From Promethearchaeota archaeon (GTDB lineage Archaea; Asgardarchaeota; Lokiarchaeia; Sigyniarchaeales; SOKP01), in NCBI GenBank assembly GCA_048938445.1, contig JBHLME010000001.1, positions 1-64,000 of the forward strand: DNA of 64,000 nucleotides, given 5' to 3'. Below are positions 19,420 to 28,434 of this stretch, in pieces. Position 1 is the stretch's first letter. Each line of letters begins with the position of its first letter. The translations under genes were made by a program, and so were the position numbers. Under the pieces are notes generated by a model. It was not told where the DNA came from and ran no database searches. It was given only the letters and a program-made list of their open reading frames with translations.

Positions 19420-20505
19420 ATGACATTTAAGCAAGATTTTCAACTTATTAAAAATTTAACGGAAACACAGTCTTGTAGTGGAAATGAAACTTCAATTAGA
19501 AATTTCATAGAAAAAAGAGTTGCAAAACACTGCGACAAAATAGAAACTGATGTTCTGGGAAATCTATTTTGTTATATAAATGGGGGCGCAGGATCCAGTA
19601 ATGAAAAATTAAAAATTCTTCTTGATGCTCACATGGATGAAATTGGATTCATGGTTAGGGTGATAGATAAAAAAGGATTCATTAGATTTTCACAAGTAGG
19701 AGGTCACAATCCTCGAATTTTACCAGGACAGAGAGTAACCATTCATTCGAGTTCTGGAGAAGATATTGATGGCGTAATTGGAGAAACTCCCATACATCTT
19801 TTAACGCAAGAAGAGCGCAAAAAACAAATAAAAATTGAAGAATTATTTATTGATGTGGGTTTCTCGAGCGCAGAAGAGCTAAAAAAAATTGTTTCTGTTG
19901 GAGATTATATTACTCTCAAACAAGAAAGTTTTTCCTTTAAAGGTAATAACCGCATTTGTGCTAAATCTTTTGATGATAGAGGAGGATGTTTCGTATTAAT
20001 TAAATTAATCGAAGAATTTTCAAAGAATAAAGAAAAATTGGATAAAGATCTAATTTTCCAATTCGCTGCTCAGGAAGAAATAGGTGTAAGGGGTGCTACT
20101 GTAGGCACTTATAAAATTTCACCTGATTTAGCAGTTATCGTAGAAGTTACTCATGCAATTGATTTTCCAGGGATTAGTTCTGACAAATTTCATGAATGTA
20201 ATTTAGGTTCTGGTGCAGTATTAAGAGTAGGTCCTAATTTATATCCTAAACTTACCAAATTGTTAATTGATATTGCAAAAGATGAAGAAATTCCATATAC
20301 TCTTGCTGCGGAGCCACGACCCACACCTACTGATGCAAGAGCCATACAAATGACTAAATCTGGAATACCTTGTGCTCTAGTGGCTGCACCACTGAGATAC
20401 ATGCATACAAATATAGAAGTTATTGAGTATCAAGATTTACTGCATGTGATAAGTTTAATTAATGCTTTTTTATTAAAAGACTTGAAATCAATTATTAAAA
20501 TATAA
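19420..20505 (+). CDS. M42 family (TET) aminopeptidase
   Basis: AHMDEIG, FDDR.G, QEEIG.RGA, TDA, RYMH...E. Confidence 0.95.
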   Translation: MTFKQDFQLIKNLTETQSCSGNETSIRNFIEKRVAKHCDKIETDVLGNLFCYINGGAGSSNEKLKILLDAHMDEIGFMVRVIDKKGFIRFSQVGGHNPRILPGQRVTIHSSSGEDIDGVIGETPIHLLTQEERKKQIKIEELFIDVGFSSAEELKKIVSVGDYITLKQESFSFKGNNRICAKSFDDRGGCFVLIKLIEEFSKNKEKLDKDLIFQFAAQEEIGVRGATVGTYKISPDLAVIVEVTHAIDFPGISSDKFHECNLGSGAVLRVGPNLYPKLTKLLIDIAKDEEIPYTLAAEPRPTPTDARAIQMTKSGIPCALVAAPLRYMHTNIEVIEYQDLLHVISLINAFLLKDLKSIIKI

Positions 20506-20551
20506 TAGATCATCCAAAAATACTTTTAAAAACCCATGAATTTCTTTTTTT

Positions 20552-21865
20552 ATGATGAGAACAATTTTTCAATCAATGCTAATTAGAAAAATCGGTCTTT
20601 GGGGATTATTTACATTTAATTTGCTAGCCGCTTATTACATTGGCTTTATTATTTCCTCGATAAATAATCCTATTGGTTTCATTTTTGGTTCTCTAATATT
20701 ATCTGTTTTATTAATGATAAAACTCTTGGTAACCATATTCTATATGAAAAAATCAAAAATTCTCCTTTTAAAAAGAATCATAGTATGGTTAATGCTTCTT
20801 ACAAATACAATTTTTGCTTTTTTAATTGGTTTTACCATTCCTACGATGCAAACCCCAAATAGAGATAATATGGGGTATGTTATGGTTCCACTTCTAATTG
20901 TTCTTAATTATATTATAGTTGAGAGATTTCACTTTTACCTTAAAAAAAAAAATGGTGAAAAAACTAATAATTTTCCCAAATATAATGGAAAAAAAAAAAT
21001 AAGGAAACCTATAATAGAATATGATAGTAAAAAATATCAATTTTCAATAATCTCAATTATAATTTTAGGGATTGGCGCACCCTTATTAGCTTGGTTAATT
21101 TATTTATTTTTTGACAACTATACTAATTATTGGTTACATGAAATTGTTGTAAAACAAACTGCTATCTTTCTCAAATTATTATTCAACATGAATGTCGAAG
21201 TTGTCTATACTCCAATTGGTTTATATCATTGGGGTTTTTATTTTCCATCAGGGGGTATTAATGATATTCATTTACAATATTCTGTTATACAGTTTGAAAC
21301 CTTTTGCACTGGTATACAAGCAATCTGCGTGTTTGCCGGAATAATTATATTCACACCTCATTCTAAAGACCTAAGAACAAAAAAGGATATGATTTGGAGA
21401 AAAACCAAGTCCCTCATTGTTTCCTCGTTATTATTTTATATTGTAAATATAATTCGAATGTTAATCCAATTACAACTATACTATATCGGGTATCTTTGGG
21501 AGGATATTCATGTCTCAATAAGCGCTGCAAGTTCATTTATCGCCGCAATCATAGTGCTTTTACTCCATAAATGGATCCCAGAATTTATTATATCAATTAT
21601 TTACGTAGGAACGCTCATAAGTGAACCTATAAAAGCAAAAAGAAAAGAAAGGGTCATGAGTGAAATTAATACTATAAATAAAGTAAATCTTAATCTAATA
21701 AGAAAGGCATTGGGGATGAAGTCTAAAATTTTTAATGAAAAATTCAGAGAAATGGCGAAAAACTATAATTTTGAAATTAAAGAACCATACTTGATCGTAC
21801 CAAATGAGCAAAAAGAGGATTTTTTTGAAGCATTTGATAACAAATTTAAACAAGATTCAAAATAA
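20552..21865 (+). CDS. Exosortase/archaeosortase family protein with extra N-terminal TM block and C-terminal soluble domain
   Basis: Polytopic; Cys in FETFCTG, Arg in VNIIRM and His in WEDIH, in exosortase order and spacing. Confidence 0.85.
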   Translation: MMRTIFQSMLIRKIGLWGLFTFNLLAAYYIGFIISSINNPIGFIFGSLILSVLLMIKLLVTIFYMKKSKILLLKRIIVWLMLLTNTIFAFLIGFTIPTMQTPNRDNMGYVMVPLLIVLNYIIVERFHFYLKKKNGEKTNNFPKYNGKKKIRKPIIEYDSKKYQFSIISIIILGIGAPLLAWLIYLFFDNYTNYWLHEIVVKQTAIFLKLLFNMNVEVVYTPIGLYHWGFYFPSGGINDIHLQYSVIQFETFCTGIQAICVFAGIIIFTPHSKDLRTKKDMIWRKTKSLIVSSLLFYIVNIIRMLIQLQLYYIGYLWEDIHVSISAASSFIAAIIVLLLHKWIPEFIISIIYVGTLISEPIKAKRKERVMSEINTINKVNLNLIRKALGMKSKIFNEKFREMAKNYNFEIKEPYLIVPNEQKEDFFEAFDNKFKQDSK

Positions 21866-21928
21866 AAAAATATTAAAAACTAACTCGAAATTGAGAATTT
21901 TATAATGCTTATGTTTAAAATCTATTAC

Positions 21929-23449
21929 CTAAGAAATATAACGCAATAATAACTCTTTATTTCGGTTTAGAAAATCATTTAATGAATTATCAATTTCTAT
22001 TTTTTTATTTTCATCATCAATCAGAATTAAAATAAACAATTCGTTTCCTAAAACAATGACTCGTTTTATTAGGATTACAGAATGAGAAATTTTAAAAAGA
22101 GCTTCTTCTTTTTTCAAAGCTTTGAACTTTGAGAATATTTTGTATATAATTGCAAATTGAGGAGCTGTTATCTCGAACACGTCACGTATTTTTCTCTCTT
22201 CATATTCTTCGGATTCTAAGGCAATTTCTTCGAATTCCAAGAATTCAGTAAGTAATACATAACTATTAGAATAATAATCTGCTAAAACTAATCCATCATC
22301 TGTCAAGATTAATGATAGGAATATCTTATTTTTCTCTGAAAAACCCTTGAGATTATAATTTATCATATCTCTATTAGGACTTAAATTCGAAATCCCGGAT
22401 GAAAATGCTCTTAATATGCTAAAAATAGAAAAAATGCTAGTTACATGAATTTCTGGATCTTCATCCCCACTTAATACTTTAATTTTCGATTTAGCCAATT
22501 GTATATTTTTTTGAATCTTTTTAGAATTTATAATATCTGGATCGGCTTTCGTTAACACGTATAAGATTGGTGTTTTTTGGTTAAAGTGAGACAATCTTTC
22601 TTTAATTTTTTTCAAATATTCGATGCTCTCATCAAATCGATCTTTATTTCTTACATCAATAAAAAAGAATAACAAATCTGCTTCATATAAATAAATCTTA
22701 GATTTACTAATATATCGTTCTCTGAATTTTGCTTGTCCTCCCAAATCCCATAAAGAGATGGTTGCACCCAATGCTTCTATTGTAGAAATGCTTGCACCTC
22801 GAGTAGGTTTTAAACCTATTAAGCGTGAATATTTACGATCTACAGTAAGTAAAAAGCTTGTTTTGCCCGCAGCATCAAGCCCTAAAAATATGATTTTTAA
22901 TTTTCTTTCACTAGTGATTGGTGCAATGGGAAATTTTTCTATTTTGATCATCTTTTCAAGAAGATCTATATAATGATGTTCCAACTCTTCTACTGGTCTA
23001 AAACCATTTATTATGTCCTCATCAAATTTAATAAAAAGATCAAAAATTATAGTTTGTATAGCTGAAATATTGTTATAAAGAAAACTTCGTTGATTTTCAT
23101 CAACCATTATTGCAAAGGCTGAAGGTATTGGATTGGTTTTTCCTTCAATCCATATGAAATGAAAAAAGGCAAGTGCTGTAATTTTAAAATCAGGATAGGG
23201 AATAATTGCAAAATATTTGACATTAGAGAAATTTTCATTTCTCGTAGCTACTTGATCTTCCATTAATAAACTTAACATTTTTATTGCCATTTGAGTATAA
23301 TCTCGTATGGTATATACTTGTTCCTCTGATTCTTTTTTTTCTTTGTCTGTGACTGGATTTGGAAAAGTATATTTTGGCATTGGACCAAATTCATCAAATG
23401 CAGCGAATAATATACATTTAATTATTGATTTTTTTAATAATTCCTTCAT
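21929..23449 (-). CDS. uDENN/longin-like + Arf/Rag-like GTPase + roadblock-like three-domain protein
   Basis: GLDAAGKT, PTRG, WDLGGQ, TKAD, TSIF; N-terminal FDEFGP.P; C-terminal ILTDDGLVLA roadblock-like start. Confidence 0.85.
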   Translation of the reverse strand: MKELLKKSIIKCILFAAFDEFGPMPKYTFPNPVTDKEKKESEEQVYTIRDYTQMAIKMLSLLMEDQVATRNENFSNVKYFAIIPYPDFKITALAFFHFIWIEGKTNPIPSAFAIMVDENQRSFLYNNISAIQTIIFDLFIKFDEDIINGFRPVEELEHHYIDLLEKMIKIEKFPIAPITSERKLKIIFLGLDAAGKTSFLLTVDRKYSRLIGLKPTRGASISTIEALGATISLWDLGGQAKFRERYISKSKIYLYEADLLFFFIDVRNKDRFDESIEYLKKIKERLSHFNQKTPILYVLTKADPDIINSKKIQKNIQLAKSKIKVLSGDEDPEIHVTSIFSIFSILRAFSSGISNLSPNRDMINYNLKGFSEKNKIFLSLILTDDGLVLADYYSNSYVLLTEFLEFEEIALESEEYEERKIRDVFEITAPQFAIIYKIFSKFKALKKEEALFKISHSVILIKRVIVLGNELFILILIDDENKKIEIDNSLNDFLNRNKELLLRYIS

Positions 23450-23543
23450 TTATCCTAAAATGTTAAATTTAATTTCTATTTTTTATTAATCCTAATATAA
23501 TTATTGTGGAAATAAAATTATTAATAGCTTTAGATTTCAAATA

Positions 23544-24530
23544 TTGATGTTAAAAAAAATTGCTCAAAACATACAGTTAAATAAAAATGTTCTTGAGAAA
23601 AAGGAAATAAATCCAATAGTTCAATTCATTAATAAAAATTCGTTTAAAAGTCCAAATATCTTTTCTGATATTGGAGAAGATTCAGCAACCATCAAGAATG
23701 ATGATAAATATATCCTTCTTACTACAGATCGTATTAAAACAGATTTTGTTGAAAATTTCCCTTTTGGAGCCGGTTTTAGCTCAATACTTGTGGGTGTAGA
23801 TGATATTTATTGTTGTGGAGGAAGACCTTTAGGAGCTAGCATAATTTTATCTTATCCGGATAAGACTAAAGGACAACAAATCATTGAAGGAATATGTGAA
23901 GGATCCAAGAGGTTTCGTGTTCCAATAATCCGTGGGCATACTAATACAAAGGGAAAATGTTACGAGTTAAGCTCTACAATGGTAGGTGAAATTAAGAAAA
24001 AAAATTATATTTCAGCAAAAAACGCTCAAGTAAATGATAAAATTATTTTTATAGTTGATGAGGACGGCAGAATAGGAAAAGCTAATAAGTTATATTGGGA
24101 TACAGTGACTTTTAAAAATTCAGAGGAAATCCTTAATAAACGAGAAGCTATGATTGAGGTTGCTGAAAAACAATTAGTCAATTGCTCAAAAGACATATCT
24201 AATGGGGGAATTTTTGGTACATTATACCAAATGATAAGGTATTCTAATGTTGGAGCAGATGTTAACATTAATAAGATTGAAATTCCAAAGAAACTGAGCG
24301 AAATAAATTATACTCTTGACATTTTTATTAATATGTATTTAACAACATCATTTATATTATCTGTTCCTGAAAAAAAATGTCAACAAGTTATTAAAATTTA
24401 CGAGAATCATGGATTAAAAGCAAATGTAATTGGTAATATAATAACTGAAGCTAATCTATTACGGATTAATAATGCAAAAGAATCCATTGATGTTCTTAAT
24501 TCTCAAAATTCTTTAAAAAATACCAAATAA
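23544..24530 (+). CDS. AIR-synthase/PurM-like protein (ThiL/SelD/HypE superfamily)
   Basis: GEDSA, DD....GG.P, VPII.GHT, SKDISNGG..GTL. Confidence 0.8.
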   Translation: MMLKKIAQNIQLNKNVLEKKEINPIVQFINKNSFKSPNIFSDIGEDSATIKNDDKYILLTTDRIKTDFVENFPFGAGFSSILVGVDDIYCCGGRPLGASIILSYPDKTKGQQIIEGICEGSKRFRVPIIRGHTNTKGKCYELSSTMVGEIKKKNYISAKNAQVNDKIIFIVDEDGRIGKANKLYWDTVTFKNSEEILNKREAMIEVAEKQLVNCSKDISNGGIFGTLYQMIRYSNVGADVNINKIEIPKKLSEINYTLDIFINMYLTTSFILSVPEKKCQQVIKIYENHGLKANVIGNIITEANLLRINNAKESIDVLNSQNSLKNTK

Positions 24531-24558
24531 TTCTATATGTGCATTTTGCCTGATATTT

Positions 24559-24996
24559 TCAACTTACATTGTCATTCTTCAAACTTTTTATTGAAAAATA
24601 TTTTTTTACTTCATGTTTAAGAAAAAAATAAATAATGATTATAGCTAAAAAATGAATAGTAATTGGAATTAAATAGAAAAGATCTATCAGTAATAACAAT
24701 ACTAAGCTTGTAACCAACAATATTGATAAAACTCCTATAATAAATATTAATAAAAAACTGATATTTTTGAAATTATCATTTTCTTTTTGATGATGAATGA
24801 TATTATCAATAAAATATCTTAGAATAAAAAGGTCTAAAGTCAAAAATAGAAAAGGGAAAACTGTTTCTGAATCTGCAAAATCGATAAATAATGATAATAT
24901 CCAATATATTAAAAAAGTGACAAATATCGTGAATAATGGATAAAATACTTGTCGTTTTCTATTAATAATGTCTTTTTTAAACATAGATTCTCTCAA
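24559..24996 (-). CDS. Four-TM membrane protein, third gene of the sortase cassette (intact copy)
   Basis: Four hydrophobic segments; overlaps the 3' end of the sortase gene; homologous decayed copy at ~26375..26545. Confidence 0.65.
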   Translation of the reverse strand: MRESMFKKDIINRKRQVFYPLFTIFVTFLIYWILSLFIDFADSETVFPFLFLTLDLFILRYFIDNIIHHQKENDNFKNISFLLIFIIGVLSILLVTSLVLLLLIDLFYLIPITIHFLAIIIIYFFLKHEVKKYFSIKSLKNDNVS

Positions 24997-25534
24997 TTGA
25001 TTTCAGTTTTTTTTGAGTTATTAGTAAGTATATATAATAAATAGAAATTAATAATTCTGGAAACCATTTATGCAATAAATATGCAAATAACAGAGCTCCT
25101 ATAATAGCTGAGATAAAAAATAACGATTGATGGAAGAATTCAAAAGGAACTTCTTTAAAATTAAAAAATATTAAGAAAACAATCCGAAAACCATTTAGTA
25201 CATGTATTACTAAAACCGACGTAAATAAGATTTTTAATTTCCTCCATTTAAAATCCTTGTGAGTTGATGGATCTCTTGAAGAAGGGACAAAAGGTATTAT
25301 TGCAATGAAAATAATAAACACGTGTGCTCTAATACACGCTCCTGAAATTGCATAATTTTCATTAAAGGAATGTTTAGGTATAAAAATTATGGCTATTTGA
25401 GGAGTTCCAATAATCATTATTATAATAGATTTAGAAAAGAACAGATATTTTTTATTATGATAATTAAGTATTGGATATATATCCTCGGTATGATTTATAG
25501 TGGTTTTTATCATAGTTTTAAAAAATGGAATCAA
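24977..25534 (-). CDS. Archaeosortase paralog with ~47-aa in-frame internal deletion (possibly pseudogenising)
   Basis: Aligns with 26526..27203, but a 50-aa segment after GTP is replaced by QIA. Keeps Cys (SGACIRAH), Arg (NGFR) and His (FFHQ). Confidence 0.7.
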   Translation of the reverse strand: MIPFFKTMIKTTINHTEDIYPILNYHNKKYLFFSKSIIIMIIGTPQIAIIFIPKHSFNENYAISGACIRAHVFIIFIAIIPFVPSSRDPSTHKDFKWRKLKILFTSVLVIHVLNGFRIVFLIFFNFKEVPFEFFHQSLFFISAIIGALLFAYLLHKWFPELLISIYYIYLLITQKKLKSIERIYV

Positions 25535-25570
25535 AATTTTAATACTAAAAATAAAATTATTTAGTTAAAT

Positions 25571-26062
25571 TTAATATTTAACTTGATCTTTTTGTATACT
25601 TATATGATAACTATAGATGATCACTATTGAAATAACTATAAACACAGTTATTATTAAAAATGGTTCAAAACCAGGAACTTCTACATCTTCTAAAACACTA
25701 GACCAGTGTGCAGTAAATGCGTTACTAATTTGCTGAAAAATTAAATCTCCTATAGATTTAAATATTACATGAAAGAATAAAAAGAATGACCCAACAGCTG
25801 CTGCGAAACCTAAAATTAAACTAATTACGGCCAAACACTCTTTATCGCTAATATCTAAATTAACAGTCAAGATACCGAGAAGCCAAGGTATACCGATTAA
25901 AGGCATACATATAAAGAATGATCCTATAAAAGTACCTAAGACGTCGCTTTCCGGAATGTTAAATCCTCTAACTATTATTGCTGCAGTAATGATACTGGTA
26001 ATTGTCAAAACTGTGAAATATATACTCAAATGAATTGAAAGTCGTTTATGATCTACTACCAT
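25571..26062 (-). CDS. Polytopic membrane protein with VPGF-type C-terminal sorting signal (copy 2)
   Basis: Three TM helices, then LEDVEVPGFE + TM + short charged tail; paralog of 27219..27767. Confidence 0.75.
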   Translation of the reverse strand: MVVDHKRLSIHLSIYFTVLTITSIITAAIIVRGFNIPESDVLGTFIGSFFICMPLIGIPWLLGILTVNLDISDKECLAVISLILGFAAAVGSFFLFFHVIFKSIGDLIFQQISNAFTAHWSSVLEDVEVPGFEPFLIITVFIVISIVIIYSYHISIQKDQVKY

Positions 26063-26374
26063 TTGAATTTCACTTGAAATTAAAATTTTTATTATATGGA
26101 TTTTATTTACTTCTATTGATAAGATATTAGATAATTATTAGAAGGATTATATAAAAATTTTACATAATTGTCAGATTATTAAAAAAATTTCTTCACACAA
26201 TTTTTGCTATATAGAATGTTATTTTAGGAAATGAAATATTTTAGGTCATAACTTATAATTATTTGAAATCAATATATACTAGGTCAATATTCTAATGAAT
26301 AAAGAAAAAATACTATTCATATTAACTAAAATAATTACTCCAACTATTTCCATTTGAAATTTTATTGTGTTATT

Positions 26375-26545
26375 TAAAGGTCTAAAGTGAAAAATAAAAG
26401 AGGAATGACTGTAATCATATCTGCAAATTCGATAAATAATTATAATGTCCAATATATTAAAAAAATGATAACAATCGTTGATAATGGATAATATATTCGT
26501 CGTTTTCCATTAATGATGACCTTTTTTAAACTTGAATATTTTCAA
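26375..26545 (-). pseudogene. Decayed copy of the four-TM gene 24559..24996
   Basis: DNA aligns with ~24830..24996. ATG changed to AAG, one extra base after TTT AAA AAA, TCA changed to TAA at 26440..26442, second stop after GAC CTT. Confidence 0.75.
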
Positions 26546-27203
26546 TTGATTTTAGTCTTTTTTGAGTTATTAGTGGATAAATGTAATACATAGAAATAAA
26601 TAATTCTGGTAGCCATTTATGTAATAAATATGCAAAAAAAAGGGCTCCTATAATAGCAGAGATAAAAAATAGCGACTGATGGATAAATTCAAAAGGAACT
26701 CCATTAAAATTAAAAAATATTAAAAAGACAATCCGAAAAACATTTAGTACATGTATTACTAAAATCGATGTAAATAAGGTTTTTAATTTCCTCCATTTAA
26801 AATCCTTGTGAGTTGATGGATCTCTTGAAGAAGGGACAAAAAGTACTATTGCTATGAAAATACTAAACACGTGTGCTCCAATACACGCTCCTGAAATTAT
26901 ATAATTTCCATTAAAAGGATGGTTTGGTATATAAATTATTGGGTATGAGTCATTCTCTAAATTAAGAATTAATTCTGCTTCTAAGTTTAGCATGTTATTT
27001 AGTAAAAAAATTATCTGTCTTGAAATCAAGTCATATAACCAATAATTAATTCTCATATTAAGAAAAAAATAAAGAAATATTGATAATATGGGTGTTCCAA
27101 TAAAAAAAATTATAATAGATTTAGAAAAAAAAAGATAATTTTTACCATTATATTTTAGGATTGGATTTTCAATATTGTTTTGATTTGTTGTTATTCTTCT
27201 CAT
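26526..27203 (-). CDS. Exosortase/archaeosortase family protein (intact cassette copy)
   Basis: Cys in ISGACIG, Arg in LNVFRI, His in FIHQ. Shares PI..Y..K.Y.F, NYWL, WRK.K and LHKW.PE with 20552..21865. Confidence 0.85.
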   Translation of the reverse strand: MRRITTNQNNIENPILKYNGKNYLFFSKSIIIFFIGTPILSIFLYFFLNMRINYWLYDLISRQIIFLLNNMLNLEAELILNLENDSYPIIYIPNHPFNGNYIISGACIGAHVFSIFIAIVLFVPSSRDPSTHKDFKWRKLKTLFTSILVIHVLNVFRIVFLIFFNFNGVPFEFIHQSLFFISAIIGALFFAYLLHKWLPELFISMYYIYPLITQKRLKSIENIQV

Positions 27204-27218
27204 GACTTTAAAATTTGA

Positions 27219-27767
27219 TTATAGTATTCTGAAACTTATCATATTAGGAAACTGAGTAAAACTAATTATTGAACTAGAGCTCTTGGTAACTTTTCTATGA
27301 TAACTATAGATAATTATCATTGAAATTATAATGAATAAGGTTATTAATAAAAGCAGCTCAAAACCAGGAACCTCAACATCTTCAAGAACATTCTCAAAAA
27401 ATTGAGTAAAAGCATTATTAATCGCTTCATTTACTCTCGTAGATATATAGTCTCCTATTGATTTAAATGCAGTTGCAAACAAGCTAATTAACAGCAAGGG
27501 TACACCAATTACTATTCCAAGTATTACTCCAATCACTACACCAACAACTTCAATACCTTCTAAATTAACTCCAAATACCGCGGCAAGCCAAATTAAACCA
27601 ATTACTAACATGCATACAAAATATAATCCAATAAAAGTACCTAAAATACTTTCTGGAGGTAAAGCAAAACCAAACACTACTATTGTAGTAAGCAAAATAT
27701 TAGCAAGAGTTACTACAATGAAATAAGCACCCAAGTGTATGTATAATCTTTTATGACTTTCAGACAT
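27219..27767 (-). CDS. Polytopic membrane protein with VPGF-type C-terminal sorting signal (copy 1)
   Basis: Start moved to ATG 27767 (MSESHKRL) by alignment with paralog MVVDHKRL. Three TMs, then LEDVEVPGFE + TM + HRK. Confidence 0.75.
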   Translation of the reverse strand: MSESHKRLYIHLGAYFIVVTLANILLTTIVVFGFALPPESILGTFIGLYFVCMLVIGLIWLAAVFGVNLEGIEVVGVVIGVILGIVIGVPLLLISLFATAFKSIGDYISTRVNEAINNAFTQFFENVLEDVEVPGFELLLLITLFIIISMIIIYSYHRKVTKSSSSIISFTQFPNMISFRIL

Positions 27768-27995
27768 GATATATCCCTTTTGAGTATAAATTTCTATAAA
27801 TTGGAATTTAAATAATTTTTTTCTCTGAGGTAAAAATTTATTAATTATTTTATTGATAAACAAGTATTTAAGATTTTTACGTGGATGTCAATTGAATTAT
27901 AAATTAGTTTAAATTTATTCAATTCAAAAAACATTTAATTAAGGTAAAAAAATATTATAGCTAAATGATATCTCTTATTTATAATTTAGAATTGT

Positions 27996-28430
27996 ATGGT
28001 TAATGATCTAATGAATAACAAAAAATTTTCAAAAATTTTAACTGGAATGATTTATCTAGCAGTTTTAATTTTAATAGTCCCTTCTATAATTAAACTTTTC
28101 ACTATTCTACATATTTCTAGGATAATTATCTTAAATCAATGGGTATCACTCTTTTTTGCTATTCTTTTCTTAACCTTAGATATTACAAGAATGTTTGTTA
28201 TAATCATATTAGTTCTTTTAATACCATTTATTTTATATGTTAAAAAAAAGTATAAATTGTTCTTATTAATTCCATTATTTCTTGATTTTATCTTAACAAT
28301 TGTTTTTTTAGTAAGGTTTATTGTCTTCATTTGTTTCGCACCACTATATTCTTTTATAAGCTTTCCATTTATATTGTTATCATTAATAATATTGAAGATA
28401 ATATCAAAAAAACAAGAAAAAGCAAGATGA
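27996..28430 (+). CDS. Small four-TM membrane protein
   Basis: Highly hydrophobic ORF with ATG start and basic C-terminus, divergent from the cassette. Confidence 0.5.
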   Translation: MVNDLMNNKKFSKILTGMIYLAVLILIVPSIIKLFTILHISRIIILNQWVSLFFAILFLTLDITRMFVIIILVLLIPFILYVKKKYKLFLLIPLFLDFILTIVFLVRFIVFICFAPLYSFISFPFILLSLIILKIISKKQEKAR

Positions 28431-28434
28431 AATT

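Noticed and set aside
23544-24530. Selenophosphate synthetase (selD) call
   Set aside because: It has a PurM-like fold but lacks the N-terminal Cys/Sec-x-x-Lys motif.
27996-28430. Shared LFLTLD hexapeptide with 24559..24996 suggesting paralogy
   Set aside because: The match is in low-complexity hydrophobic sequence and does not extend convincingly.
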